From NCBI GenBank assembly GCA_016187335.1, contig JACPJW010000001.1:384001-448000 (forward strand): a stretch of DNA of 64,000 bases, in the 5' to 3' direction. The stretch is from Candidatus Aenigmatarchaeota archaeon. GTDB lineage: Archaea > Aenigmatarchaeota > Aenigmatarchaeia > GW2011-AR5. The notes below the pieces were generated by a model. The model had not been told where the DNA came from. It did no database searches and saw only the letters and a program-made list of their open reading frames with translations. The translations under genes were made by a program, and so were the position numbers. Positions within the stretch are counted from its first letter, which is position 1. Every line of letters starts with the position of its first letter. Of this stretch, positions 1-9,590 are shown one piece after another.

Positions 1-14
1 GAAAAAACAAAGAA

Positions 15-281
15 TTATCTCCTTCTTCTGCCTTTTGTCTTTGGTTTTGCGGCTTCTTCATGCATCTGCTTCGCGTGCATCCATGTCATCTTCGCCAGTC
101 CCATCAGCCAGAACGCAACAATGTATTTCAGGAAAATTTTCAGTGTTGTGTTCCAGTCCGTGGCAAGATGCGCAGCACTTTGCTGGGACCAGAAAGCGGA
201 AAAAAAGAGCAAAGCGGACAGTCCTGCAAAGACAGAAGCGTAAGCGCCTTTGCCAAAGCATTCTTTGCACATGCTTATCAT
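15..281 (-). CDS. Small hypothetical membrane protein (two hydrophobic segments, basic C-terminus)
   Basis: 88-aa ORF with two hydrophobic stretches; no recognised family. Confidence 0.5.
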   Translation of the reverse strand: MISMCKECFGKGAYASVFAGLSALLFFSAFWSQQSAAHLATDWNTTLKIFLKYIVAFWLMGLAKMTWMHAKQMHEEAAKPKTKGRRRR

Positions 282-309
282 TTGCGAAAGGCAGAATTAA
301 TACTTTTCT

Positions 310-1293
310 TTAAAGATGCACATAGCCGTGCGGCGGTCTCCAGTCCCTTTCAGCAAGTCGGCCTGTTAATCTTCCTTGGCGTAGTGCTTCTGTTTCGTCA
401 AGTCTTCTTTTAACATAGTCCGTTTCTTCAAAACCACAAGCATTGTAAGCCTTCTGTGTAACTTCTAAGAATGCTCCAAGCCTGTTTTCATCAGGTCTCT
501 TTGAAACAGTTTCGCGACCTGCCAGTTTCAGTGCAGCATCACCGGTTCCGACCAGGCTGAATCCTACGGAAGGACCGACGTAGAAAAAAGGACCAGCAAT
601 TATCCTGTCGCGTTGTCTTTGTACTATTCCACGCACGCTGTCTTTGACGCAAGACTCATAAATCATCAATGCGCTTGCGCCATCTGGAACTCTAATTGGT
701 CCCTGATTCACTATCCATAGTCTTCCGTCAGGTGCGATAACTTTTTCCCAATATTGATGAACATTTCCTTCACCCATAGGGTTAAGGGACATTCTCCAAG
801 CATTAACGTAGCCGGAAGCATAAGGCATTTCATACGCATTTTCACATTTTCTCGTAGTTTCTGCAAGGTCAGTAAGCGTGGGTTTTCCGGCAAATCCCCA
901 TTTCGGCCATACGTTATTAACGGAATAAGCAAGATTCGTCGATGGCGGGCGTAGTGGCTTTGAGCTTAAAATTTGGTAAGCCTCTTCATCTCCAGGAGGC
1001 AGGCTCATTACCATTCTGATTTCTTCAGGTTTCAGTGCGAACGCCCTTGCCACTTCTTCAGGCGCCATTCTTAATGCTCGGTCAATTACATACAAACTTG
1101 TTTCGTAAAGTCTGAAGTCACGTTTTCTCTCTTGCTCAAGCATCCTTTGGATTTTTTCTTCGGTGAGAAAACGATAGTCAGGACGTTCCTCAATTTCCGA
1201 AAGGCTTCTTCGTTCGTATTGAACCAAGGGCCTTAGATCCTGTAGAGGGGTTCTGAGCAATTCAGATAGTTTAGGATGAGTACCAACAGACAT
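310..1293 (-). CDS. Hypothetical protein (orphan-like)
   Basis: 327-aa ORF with a TATA-like TTTAAATA about 25-30 nt upstream; no recognised motif. Confidence 0.65.
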   Translation of the reverse strand: MSVGTHPKLSELLRTPLQDLRPLVQYERRSLSEIEERPDYRFLTEEKIQRMLEQERKRDFRLYETSLYVIDRALRMAPEEVARAFALKPEEIRMVMSLPPGDEEAYQILSSKPLRPPSTNLAYSVNNVWPKWGFAGKPTLTDLAETTRKCENAYEMPYASGYVNAWRMSLNPMGEGNVHQYWEKVIAPDGRLWIVNQGPIRVPDGASALMIYESCVKDSVRGIVQRQRDRIIAGPFFYVGPSVGFSLVGTGDAALKLAGRETVSKRPDENRLGAFLEVTQKAYNACGFEETDYVKRRLDETEALRQGRLTGRLAERDWRPPHGYVHL

Positions 1294-1353
1294 ATACTAC
1301 TTTATAGTAACACTAATATTTAAAGATAACACCTTTAAAAACAAGAAACACAT

Positions 1354-1785
1354 TTACCCGACGTATTCCTGGCCTTCTTCCTTTGTCTTGACCATGGGAA
1401 ACGAAATAGGCGGCGGAAGCCTCAGCTCCATGGCGATATCAATGCCCTTTGACAGGCATTTGCGGAAAACAGCGTTAAGAACTTCCACGGCGAGATCGTC
1501 GTTTATTTTCTTTTCCTTTTTCCATTTGTTCAGGATGTTTTTCGCGTCTATGCTCTGGTACAGAACCTCGCCGGTGAATTCTATCTTTCCGATATCGGGC
1601 TCGTATTTTGTTTCAAAGGAAAACGCGAATGAGATGACATCGTCCATCCCTATCATGTTCACGTCTTTCTTTTCAATACCGGCTATTTTCGGGGTTGAAT
1701 TTATGTTTATATTGACGTTCCCCCTGGGCATTTTATCGCTTATTTCAGCGTTAACTGAATTTATGTTAAGTCCTATGATAGGCAC
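1354..1785 (-). CDS. Conserved archaeal hypothetical protein, possibly SecB-like fold
   Basis: Beta-strand-rich N-terminal half, helix, then LRLPPPI motif, reminiscent of archaeal SecB-like proteins (from memory, unverified). Confidence 0.55.
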   Translation of the reverse strand: MPIIGLNINSVNAEISDKMPRGNVNININSTPKIAGIEKKDVNMIGMDDVISFAFSFETKYEPDIGKIEFTGEVLYQSIDAKNILNKWKKEKKINDDLAVEVLNAVFRKCLSKGIDIAMELRLPPPISFPMVKTKEEGQEYVG

Positions 1786-1855
1786 GAAATCACCAACAAC
1801 AAAACAATCCGCGCAAACATTTAAATACGAAATCCGTTATTACTAACGTGGTTGT

Positions 1856-2386
1856 ATGAAAGTCCTTTTACTGCTTGCTGAAGGATTCTCCGAAATTGAC
1901 GCTTTCACGGTCGTTGACGTCTTAAGGAGGTCCGGAGTTGATGTTGAGACCTGCGGCCTTGCTTCTTCATCAGTCACAGGAGCCAGAAAAACCAAAATTC
2001 TTGCCGACAAAAAACTGGAGGCCGTCAATCACGACGATTACGATATCCTTGTTATTCCGGGAGGCCCTGGGTATAAAAACCTTATTAACAGCTCAGCTGT
2101 GATAAAAATAATAAAAGCGTTTGACACCCAAAAGAAATACATCGCGGCGATGTGCGAATCGCCGGTGGTTCTTGCGAAAGCAGGAATAATAAGCGACAAG
2201 ATAGTCACGGTTTATTCAGGCCTTGAGCAGCAGGTCCCAAGGCCCAGGAACGCAAGGGTCATAGTCGCAGGAAACGTAATAACTTGCCGTTCGCCTTCGG
2301 CGGCCGCGGATTTCGCGTTAAAACTGGTTGAGATAGCTGTAGGAAAGAAAGCAGCGCTGAAAACAAAGCAGGAGTTGTTTGCATGA
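1856..2386 (+). CDS. DJ-1/PfpI (ThiJ/YajL) family protein
   Basis: GFSEID, IPGG and AAMCESP nucleophile-elbow Cys motifs. Confidence 0.9.
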   Translation: MKVLLLLAEGFSEIDAFTVVDVLRRSGVDVETCGLASSSVTGARKTKILADKKLEAVNHDDYDILVIPGGPGYKNLINSSAVIKIIKAFDTQKKYIAAMCESPVVLAKAGIISDKIVTVYSGLEQQVPRPRNARVIVAGNVITCRSPSAAADFALKLVEIAVGKKAALKTKQELFA

Positions 2387-2610
2387 ATCTGAGCCCGCTA
2401 GAAAGGAAATTCCTGGAAATGGTTGCAAAAAACCAGTTGATTACGAAAAACGAGCTGAAAACAAAGCTGAATATAGACGGCTCGGCGCTGGACACGGCCG
2501 CATCCGGGCTTGTCAGCAAAAGGCTTGTGGCAACCGTCAGCCCCGTGGGCTCCACTTGTTATGCGATAACGCAGCACGGGACGCGTTTGCTTGAACAACT
2601 AAACGAATAA
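2383..2610 (+). CDS. Winged helix-turn-helix protein
   Basis: 75 aa with wHTH pattern ending YAITQHG; 4-nt overlap with the upstream stop. Confidence 0.7.
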   Translation: MNLSPLERKFLEMVAKNQLITKNELKTKLNIDGSALDTAASGLVSKRLVATVSPVGSTCYAITQHGTRLLEQLNE

Positions 2611-2664
2611 TTCCGTTCTTTGGCAATACTTCTTTAATAGTTTTTCCCAATTAACGTAACTGAC

Positions 2665-2752
2665 AGCCCCATGGTGTAGAGATAAACCGCATTATGGTCA
2701 AGCATGATTGCCTCTGGAGCAATAGACCCAGGTTCGAATCCTGGTGGGGCTA
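2665..2752 (+). tRNA. tRNA-Gln(CUG) with 15-nt intron at 15/16 (2680-2694)
   Basis: Acceptor AGCCCCA/TGGGGCT; anticodon arm ATTGC-CTCTGGA-GCAAT; T-loop TTCGAAT; GTGT/GCAT 4-bp helix with AG^A and TA^T bulges; splicing gives a 73-nt cloverleaf. Confidence 0.92.
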
Positions 2753-2754
2753 TT

Positions 2755-3256
2755 ATGAAACTGCTGATGAAATTGCGGGATGAGGATATAGAGCTCGGTT
2801 CCAAAAAACAAAAGAAGCCGAAGCAACGCTTTGCTGCACGGGCTGTTTTGTTTAATGGAGATAAAATTGCCCTGCTTCATGTAACGAAACAGAAATATCA
2901 TAAGCTTCCCAGAGGCGGCATGAAAGGAAAAGAAAAAAATAAAAGGCGCGCTTTTCAGGGAAATCATGGAAGAAACCGGATGCAAAATAAAAGTGATTTC
3001 AGAAGTAGGGAAAATCATTGAGCACAGAACGCATATGAATTTACTCCAGACATCCTACTGCTATATTGCAAAAGTAACAGAAAAGAGGCAGGAAAAATTT
3101 GACAAAGGAGAAGTAAAGCACGGATTCAAGCTTGGATGGGTTGAAATAGATTTTGCAGCAAAAATACTCAAAAAGGAAAAGCCGCAGGATTACGAGGGCA
3201 GATTTATTGTTCTCAGGGACCTGAAATTCATTGAAACTGCCGAAGGAATGATGTGA
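2755..3256 (+). pseudogene. NUDIX hydrolase split by a one-base frameshift in an A7 run (2933-2939)
   Basis: The N-half of the Nudix box (LPRGG..KE) is in one frame and REIMEETG is in the next; deleting one A restores EKIKGALFREIMEETG. Confidence 0.7.
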
Positions 3257-3261
3257 TTGCA

Positions 3262-3708
3262 ATGAACATTGAAAAGAAGCGCCTGTTCGCGCTGTTTATC
3301 ATAGGGACATTCATTTTGTCTACGATAGCCTTTGTGTTTGTAGGCCTTGCAGGAAGGGCACCTGAGCAGGAACGGCAGAAAGCAAAGACACTCACGTCTT
3401 ATGTTATTGCTGAGGATGTAGACAGCGCTACAGAAGCAGAATACGTGAGCAGGGGATACACTTTCCTGAAGTTTTATTATAATGAAACGGCGCCTTTATT
3501 TCTGGACGGTCTTCCCTCAGCAATGATGGCCGGCAATGATATGCAGCTTTTTGTTTTGAAGATTCGCGACACGCAGAATTATGCCAGAATTGTGAACGTC
3601 CAGAATGATGTTGAGCTGAAGAATCTAACGGAAGAAAACATAACCAACGAGCTTTGCATCAGGCTTATCGTCACGCCATTGGAATGCAGCCTCAGGAATG
3701 TCTCTTAA
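3262..3708 (+). CDS. Hypothetical protein with N-terminal membrane anchor
   Basis: KKR followed by a hydrophobic helix, then a soluble domain. Confidence 0.7.
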   Translation: MNIEKKRLFALFIIGTFILSTIAFVFVGLAGRAPEQERQKAKTLTSYVIAEDVDSATEAEYVSRGYTFLKFYYNETAPLFLDGLPSAMMAGNDMQLFVLKIRDTQNYARIVNVQNDVELKNLTEENITNELCIRLIVTPLECSLRNVS

Positions 3709-3794
3709 TGTCATCTTTGAACCTTTTCAGTGTTTTCGGGATATCATTTTCATTCACCTTCAGCAGCCTGCTCAGCTCTTTCAGTATTCTTCTC

Positions 3795-6497
3795 TCATCC
3801 ATGCAGATCCCTCTTTAGTTTTTCAATGGCATCGTCCAGAATTTCTTTTTTTGCCCCGAAGCCCTGCGCAAGATAAGGCGACCCGCCGCCTTTGCCGCCG
3901 AGATTTTTGCACAATTCTGAAACAAGCTTACCTGCATTTATTTCCGTGTTTTTCCCGGCGGATGCAAAGACATCTATCCTTTCATTTACGCCGAATAAAA
4001 TTAGAACTCGGTTGTCATTTGAAAGCTTCTTTGATATGGCATGAAGATTTTTTGCATCGCCAGGAATTTTCTCTATTAACATACCTTTCACGAACTTATT
4101 TTCCAACTCCTTTATCAGCAATTCAGCGCTTTTTTCTGATGATTTGATTTCTTCCTTTCTCAGGTTCTTCCATTTTTCAAAAAGTTCTTTGGCAGATTCT
4201 ATTACTTCTGGACCCTTTACACCAAGTATATTTTCCACTTCGCTGAGCAGCCTTCTCTTTTCTTCAATATATTGCTCGGCGCGCCTTCCTGCAACAATGG
4301 TTATCCTTACAACGCCGTCCTGTATGCGCTCTGTCGACGTTACCAGTATCCTGCCCACTTCTTCAGTGCTGGAACAGTGAGTGCCGCCGCACGCCTCAGC
4401 ATCAATAGTGGTTTTTCCATCGGTAATTTCTATTATCCGCAGATATTTTTCAGGAACAACGCCGCCTTGGTAAATGCGCATCCCGTAAATTCTTTCGGCC
4501 TCGGTGCGAGGCAAGACTTTCTTGTTTACTTTCATCTTCTTCGCGGCAATTTCATTGGCAATCTTCTCTATTTTTTCAACCTGTTCATCTGTAAGGGCTT
4601 CGTAATGCGTTACGTCAAGGTGGGCTTTTTCCCTGGTTTTTGCAGAGCCTGACTGCCACACATGGCTGCCTAGAACGCTTCTTGCGGCTGCATTTATCAG
4701 ATGGATTGAAGTGTGGTGCTTCATATGCTGCTCGCGGACAGCCCAGTCGATTTCTCCTGAAACGGTGTCACCTGCCTTGAAATTTACCTTATCTAATTTG
4801 TGGACAACAACGCCGCCGATTTTCTGGACATCGTAGACTTCACAGCCGTTTATTTTACCCGTGTCTGCGGCCTGACCGCCGCCTTCAGGATAGAAAAGGG
4901 TCTTGTCAAGGATTACGTTGTTATCAATTATTTTCAGAACATTCCCGGAAAATTTAGTTTCCCTGGGATTATCATAGAAAAGCAGCTTTGTTGGTTCAAT
5001 TCCTTCGACATTTAGTCCTTCTTTTAATTCTTCTTTTGCTTCTGCTTTTTCTGTCATATGTTTCTCGGATATTTCTGAATAAAAATCAGGAGGAACAGAA
5101 ATGGCGATGCCATTTTCTTTTGCTGCTTCCTCGACCAGTTCAGGGGTCACGCCATGCGATTCATAGAGCATGATAAGGTTTTTTGTGTCCAGTTTACCTT
5201 TGGCAATATGGGTTTCTACCAGTTTTCTGCTTTTCTTCTTCGTTTCACGGAATCTTCTATTTTCTACGTCCAGTATTTTTTCCAGCTCCGGCAGAGATCC
5301 CGAGAGGCGGGGATTAAAGTCCTTCAGTTCCTTGGCATGCATTCTGCATACATCAAACAGATCTATGTCAAAAGAGAATTCGTCAATAAAGCCCAGAGAC
5401 CTGCGCAACACGACCCTGAGATTGTATCCACCGCCTACGTTGCTCGGCAGGGCGCCGTCGGTGACTGCGTACAAAAGCGTTTTGCTGTGGTCGGCTATTG
5501 CGTATACAGCTTCCACAGGCCTTGTTATGCGAAGCAGTTCTTCCACGCTCATATCAAGATGGTCTGCTATTTTTTCCTTGGCTTTCTTGATGTCTGTTAC
5601 CTCATCAAGATTTAGGCCGGCAGATATTTTTGCGTAGTCCATAAAGAACTTCTTGTCGTAATCAACCAGTTTCTTTAATTTTTTCATAACAGCGCCAAAG
5701 ACAGCGTCATAGTATGTAGGTGTTCCCTGAGAGAACCACGCAAATCTTTCAAGCCCCGCACCCATGTCTATGACTTTTTCTTTCATATGGTTATAATTTT
5801 CCGGAGTCCCCACAAATTCAGTGAAAACTGCGTTGCCCAGCTCAAGCCCGCGAACGTAGTATTCCAAAGAGTAGCCGAAGGCATTAGGGCCCAGCCAGAC
5901 GTCCTCAACGAAATTTATTTCCTCTTCCGCAATTTTGAAAACTTTTGTGAGCAGCTCGAAATCAAGTTCAATGCACCTGTCTTTCCAGTAGCCGTTCTTA
6001 CCATCGTATATGGAGTGCTGCCCTATCATGACGAAATTGGTGCCATGACGCCCGGTAACGCCGGTATTGGGAATGTCGTTGAAACGCAGGCATTGCTGCG
6101 GTATTATCAGCGGGTTCGCGGGCATCTCAAAAACAGTTCTGCCGCCTACGCTGCGCTGGAACGCGATGATGCTTGCTATAGTGAAATACAAACCCGGGAA
6201 CCAGCGGCACACAACAGGATAGGAAGGTACAGACGCATGCCCGTTCTTCACGAAGAATTTCTCGATGTCGCGCCATGTCTGGATGTACGAGCGCTTCTTC
6301 GTAAGGTTTTTTCCTATAAATCCGTAGATTTCACACGGCGGGTTTGGGCATACTTCCCTGTCCTGCAGTGTCCAGAAATTGTTGCCGCAGTTTTTGCACT
6401 GTTTTCTGACAAAGCCGCGCTCTTTGAACGTTTCAACTAAATAGTATTTCTCGTATTCCTCGGAGAATTTTTTCTTCAGTTTTTCTTTTGGCGTCAT
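3795..6497 (-). CDS. alaS: Alanyl-tRNA synthetase (archaeal type)
   Basis: FTIASI, QQCLRF, FVMIGQH, IDMGAG, HHTSIH and ACGGTH editing motifs; C-terminal DHHA1 GGKGGG. Confidence 0.97.
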   Translation of the reverse strand: MTPKEKLKKKFSEEYEKYYLVETFKERGFVRKQCKNCGNNFWTLQDREVCPNPPCEIYGFIGKNLTKKRSYIQTWRDIEKFFVKNGHASVPSYPVVCRWFPGLYFTIASIIAFQRSVGGRTVFEMPANPLIIPQQCLRFNDIPNTGVTGRHGTNFVMIGQHSIYDGKNGYWKDRCIELDFELLTKVFKIAEEEINFVEDVWLGPNAFGYSLEYYVRGLELGNAVFTEFVGTPENYNHMKEKVIDMGAGLERFAWFSQGTPTYYDAVFGAVMKKLKKLVDYDKKFFMDYAKISAGLNLDEVTDIKKAKEKIADHLDMSVEELLRITRPVEAVYAIADHSKTLLYAVTDGALPSNVGGGYNLRVVLRRSLGFIDEFSFDIDLFDVCRMHAKELKDFNPRLSGSLPELEKILDVENRRFRETKKKSRKLVETHIAKGKLDTKNLIMLYESHGVTPELVEEAAKENGIAISVPPDFYSEISEKHMTEKAEAKEELKEGLNVEGIEPTKLLFYDNPRETKFSGNVLKIIDNNVILDKTLFYPEGGGQAADTGKINGCEVYDVQKIGGVVVHKLDKVNFKAGDTVSGEIDWAVREQHMKHHTSIHLINAAARSVLGSHVWQSGSAKTREKAHLDVTHYEALTDEQVEKIEKIANEIAAKKMKVNKKVLPRTEAERIYGMRIYQGGVVPEKYLRIIEITDGKTTIDAEACGGTHCSSTEEVGRILVTSTERIQDGVVRITIVAGRRAEQYIEEKRRLLSEVENILGVKGPEVIESAKELFEKWKNLRKEEIKSSEKSAELLIKELENKFVKGMLIEKIPGDAKNLHAISKKLSNDNRVLILFGVNERIDVFASAGKNTEINAGKLVSELCKNLGGKGGGSPYLAQGFGAKKEILDDAIEKLKRDLHG

Positions 6498-7024
6498 TTA
6501 GGATCAACACGAATCAATTGAGGACTGAACAGTAAGTGATTTCTCAATTTTTGAATGCCTTTGGATATTATTTTTTTCTCCACACGTTTTATTTTTCCGT
6601 CCCAAGGATCGTATAGTTTATACTTACCTGCATTTTCATCTATCAGGACAATATAGTGAGGATAATGAACATTATTTTGGAAAACAAAACAATCCAAGTA
6701 TAAAATTACAGGCCCGTATTTTAGATTCTTTGACACAAAGTCAAGATTTATTTTGGCATGAACCAAGTCTATTTTTTTATTAAATTTAATTTTTGACCAC
6801 GAGCTAAAAAGCGTCTTGCTCTCTAGAAATAGTTTTAATTTTCTATTATATTTCCTGGTAAAATATTCAAGGTGACCTAATGCGAAACTATTTTTGGAAA
6901 ACCTCAGGCTGTAGTTTATGACTTTTAGTTCCCTATTTTTCGTCGGTTTTATTTTAACTGAGTAAAAAAGAGCGCATGCTAAACATGTTTCATAAGTTGT
7001 TTGCCTATAGAATCTTGAAGTCAT
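6494..7024 (-). CDS. Peptidase C39-like papain-fold protein
   Basis: QTTYETCLACAL (Gln/Cys), HYIVL (His) and YDPWDG (Asp) motifs. Confidence 0.7.
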   Translation of the reverse strand: MTSRFYRQTTYETCLACALFYSVKIKPTKNRELKVINYSLRFSKNSFALGHLEYFTRKYNRKLKLFLESKTLFSSWSKIKFNKKIDLVHAKINLDFVSKNLKYGPVILYLDCFVFQNNVHYPHYIVLIDENAGKYKLYDPWDGKIKRVEKKIISKGIQKLRNHLLFSPQLIRVDPK

Positions 7025-7025
7025 A

Positions 7026-7703
7026 TTACCACTCAGCTTCAGGATTATCTTTGTTAATCAAAAATCTTTGCGTAGTCGCCCCGCAGAATTTCCGGACGAG
7101 CAAATCAAGCTCTTCCGTCGCTGTCTCTACCATATTGTCGAATCCCTCCAGAACTATGACTGTGTTTTCCGTGTTCTCGGTCAGCTTTGTCTTGTCGGAT
7201 TCTCTCCAGTTCCAGCGCCTGCAAAGAACATTGCCGGCATCGTCGCAATAAATTACCTCGCCTTTATAGGGATTCTCCCGGCTTTCAGAGTTCAGAGGCA
7301 CGAATGTTTCATCGCCTTCGGCAAATCTGAGATAAATATTTCCTTCTATCTTGTCGAGGTCTTCGCCGCCTGCAGGAATAACATATTTCAGGGAGATAAA
7401 ATTGTACAGATCAACTGTCTTGTTGATGTGAGGAATATCCCGCCCTTTCAGGACGCTCCTTATCAATGCTTCCGCAGAAGACCTGTAGTCGCTGGGTTTT
7501 GAACCAAACGACGAATAAATTTTCCTCCAGGAAGAAATTGACGGGTGCTGTAACAGGCCAGATTTTATCGAACCCCGGATTTCTTTCAAAAGCATGCTTA
7601 TTTCCTGGTTCTCGCCATTGTTGTCGATGCCCGCAGCTACGATTACTCCTATCCTGACGTTAGGATATTTTTGAAGCAGCTCCTCAGAAACAACTAATTT
7701 CAT
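7026..7703 (-). CDS. B3/4-domain protein (PheT editing-domain homolog)
   Basis: WRKIYSSFGSKPSDYRSSAEALIR, INKTVDLYN, CRRWNWRES. Confidence 0.9.
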   Translation of the reverse strand: MKLVVSEELLQKYPNVRIGVIVAAGIDNNGENQEISMLLKEIRGSIKSGLLQHPSISSWRKIYSSFGSKPSDYRSSAEALIRSVLKGRDIPHINKTVDLYNFISLKYVIPAGGEDLDKIEGNIYLRFAEGDETFVPLNSESRENPYKGEVIYCDDAGNVLCRRWNWRESDKTKLTENTENTVIVLEGFDNMVETATEELDLLVRKFCGATTQRFLINKDNPEAEW

Positions 7704-7767
7704 CAGTATACCTACTAATAATTAGAAAAACGGCTTTAAAAAAAGCAGGAAAATTCTGCAAGAATTT

Positions 7768-8073
7768 TCAGCCGAACAATGAAGCAAGTCCGGACGCCGC
7801 TTCCTCTGCCTTCTTCTCAAGGTCTTCCTCAGGCTCCTTCTTTTCCTCAGTTGCAGCAGGAGCTCCGGCTGTAGGCGCAGCTGCGACAGCAACAGGCATC
7901 GCCGCCTTGCTTATTACCTCGTCGATATTGACGCCTTCCAGTGCAGCTACCAGTGCCTTTACCTTGGCCTCGTCCGGCTGCTCGCCTGCAGCTTGGACAA
8001 CTTTCTTCACGTTGTCCTCATTAACAGGCTTGCCAGCGGAATGAAGCAGCAGTGCGCTGTATACGTAGTTCAT
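7768..8073 (-). CDS. rpl12: Ribosomal protein L12 (aP1)
   Basis: [12 protein letters not shown]-terminus; Ala-rich hinge; GLASLFG end. Confidence 0.97.
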   Translation of the reverse strand: MNYVYSALLLHSAGKPVNEDNVKKVVQAAGEQPDEAKVKALVAALEGVNIDEVISKAAMPVAVAAAPTAGAPAATEEKKEPEEDLEKKAEEAASGLASLFG

Positions 8074-8076
8074 TTT

Positions 8077-8901
8077 TTAGCCTCCTATTTGTTCAAATGA
8101 TTTTGATTCTCTGACTGCTTTGAGCAGCAGTTCATTGATGAATTCTTTCTCAAGTATGTTCGCTTCTATGCAAAGTGATCTGGTTTCAATGTACGCTTTT
8201 TGCAGTATCATTTCCATTGTGAGCTTTGTCGGATATACCGTGTTCACAGATAAATTGACTGCCCTGTGAACACACTGGATCAGTTCGCCCGTATACCATG
8301 ACTGGTCTATATCAAGAACATCCTTTGTGTATACAGTCCCGCTTTCATAAGACGCAACGAGGTCAAGGCCTATTTCCATAGGCTCCATTTTGAGCATGTT
8401 GAAAACGTTGACCATGTCTTCCGTTATCCTTTCACCGGCCTTTGCCACAAGCTTATCCTGCATGACAGCTATCTTGCCGGCCTGCACCGAGGTTTTCAGG
8501 CCTATCTTCTGCAGCGATGATATGGCAGGCCCGGGCGGCAGCGGCGTCGGGCCCTTAGGTATGACAATGTCGGACGGCGCAATGTCCCCGGCTTTTGCAG
8601 GCGCCGGCGACCTTGACTCTTTGAGTATTTTGTACAGACGGAAAGGATTGTCGTTGCTGAGGATGAGCGCAGGTTCCCCTTGTATTTTTTCCTTCAGGCT
8701 GCTTAAACCGGACTTTTCAAGGGCCCTGACAATCATGCTTTTCTTGCTCATCTTTATCACTGCTGATTCGCGCAAGGAGATCCTTATTTTCTGGAGTTGC
8801 CTGGCCGGAAGCTTGTGCATGTTAAGAATGCCCATAACAGAGTATTCCTTTATCAGGCGCGCAATTTCTTCAACTTCTTCAGGTTTTTTTGCCTTCAGCA
8901 T
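8077..8901 (-). CDS. rpl10: Ribosomal protein L10/P0
   Basis: QLQKIR, NDNPFRL, GPTPLPPGP; position in the operon. Confidence 0.95.
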   Translation of the reverse strand: MLKAKKPEEVEEIARLIKEYSVMGILNMHKLPARQLQKIRISLRESAVIKMSKKSMIVRALEKSGLSSLKEKIQGEPALILSNDNPFRLYKILKESRSPAPAKAGDIAPSDIVIPKGPTPLPPGPAISSLQKIGLKTSVQAGKIAVMQDKLVAKAGERITEDMVNVFNMLKMEPMEIGLDLVASYESGTVYTKDVLDIDQSWYTGELIQCVHRAVNLSVNTVYPTKLTMEMILQKAYIETRSLCIEANILEKEFINELLLKAVRESKSFEQIGG

Positions 8902-8905
8902 GGAA

Positions 8906-9511
8906 TCACCATTCAATTTTCACAGGACTGCTCATGGTAGTTTTCAGGTAAACGTTTCTTATCTGGTTCTTCCCCTTTGGAAGGGTCTTTGATATTTCAT
9001 CAAGTATTTTTTCGGCATTCTCCTTTATCTGCTGGTCAGACATTTTTTCATTTCCAGTGTAGACGTGCACGACAGGGTAATCCCTGACCCGCGCCCTGAC
9101 TGAATTTTTTAATTCGTTGACAGAGGCATTATGGTCCCTCCCGGGCGGAAGCAGCTTGGGCATTTTGCCGCGGGGGGCGAGATATTTGCCCAGCAGCTTG
9201 CCCACCAGGGGCATCAGGGGCGCTTCGCATACAAGAAACTCGTAATTTTTCACAAGTTCCCTCACTTTTTTCTTGTCCGCAGCAATACTCTCAATTTCAG
9301 CCTTGTTTATGCCGCCGGGAATCCTGTCAGAAATAATCCCGACACTGATTTCTTTCTCGCGGCCGTGAGGAAGCTGGATTTCTTTGGAAAACTTGTTTTC
9401 CGGTTTTTTCAGGTCAATATTTTTCAGATTGATGATTAAATCAAAGCTTTGGCTAAATTTGCACTTTTTGCCGTTTGTTCTGATATGTGATATTGCTTCC
9501 TGCAGTTTCAT
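8906..9511 (-). CDS. rpl1: Ribosomal protein L1
   Basis: FSQSFDLIINLKNIDL, LAPRGKMP, KTTMS. Confidence 0.95.
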   Translation of the reverse strand: MKLQEAISHIRTNGKKCKFSQSFDLIINLKNIDLKKPENKFSKEIQLPHGREKEISVGIISDRIPGGINKAEIESIAADKKKVRELVKNYEFLVCEAPLMPLVGKLLGKYLAPRGKMPKLLPPGRDHNASVNELKNSVRARVRDYPVVHVYTGNEKMSDQQIKENAEKILDEISKTLPKGKNQIRNVYLKTTMSSPVKIEW

Positions 9512-9590
9512 CTTAAAAACCCTCCTACAGGGAAAATCAGTCAGCCTGAATCCTGTAGTAAATTGGGTACTATTTTTAGTCAGTCAAAGC

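Noticed and set aside
2704-2754. N-terminal extension of the NUDIX ORF
   Set aside because: Overlaps tRNA-Gln; the real start is probably 2755.
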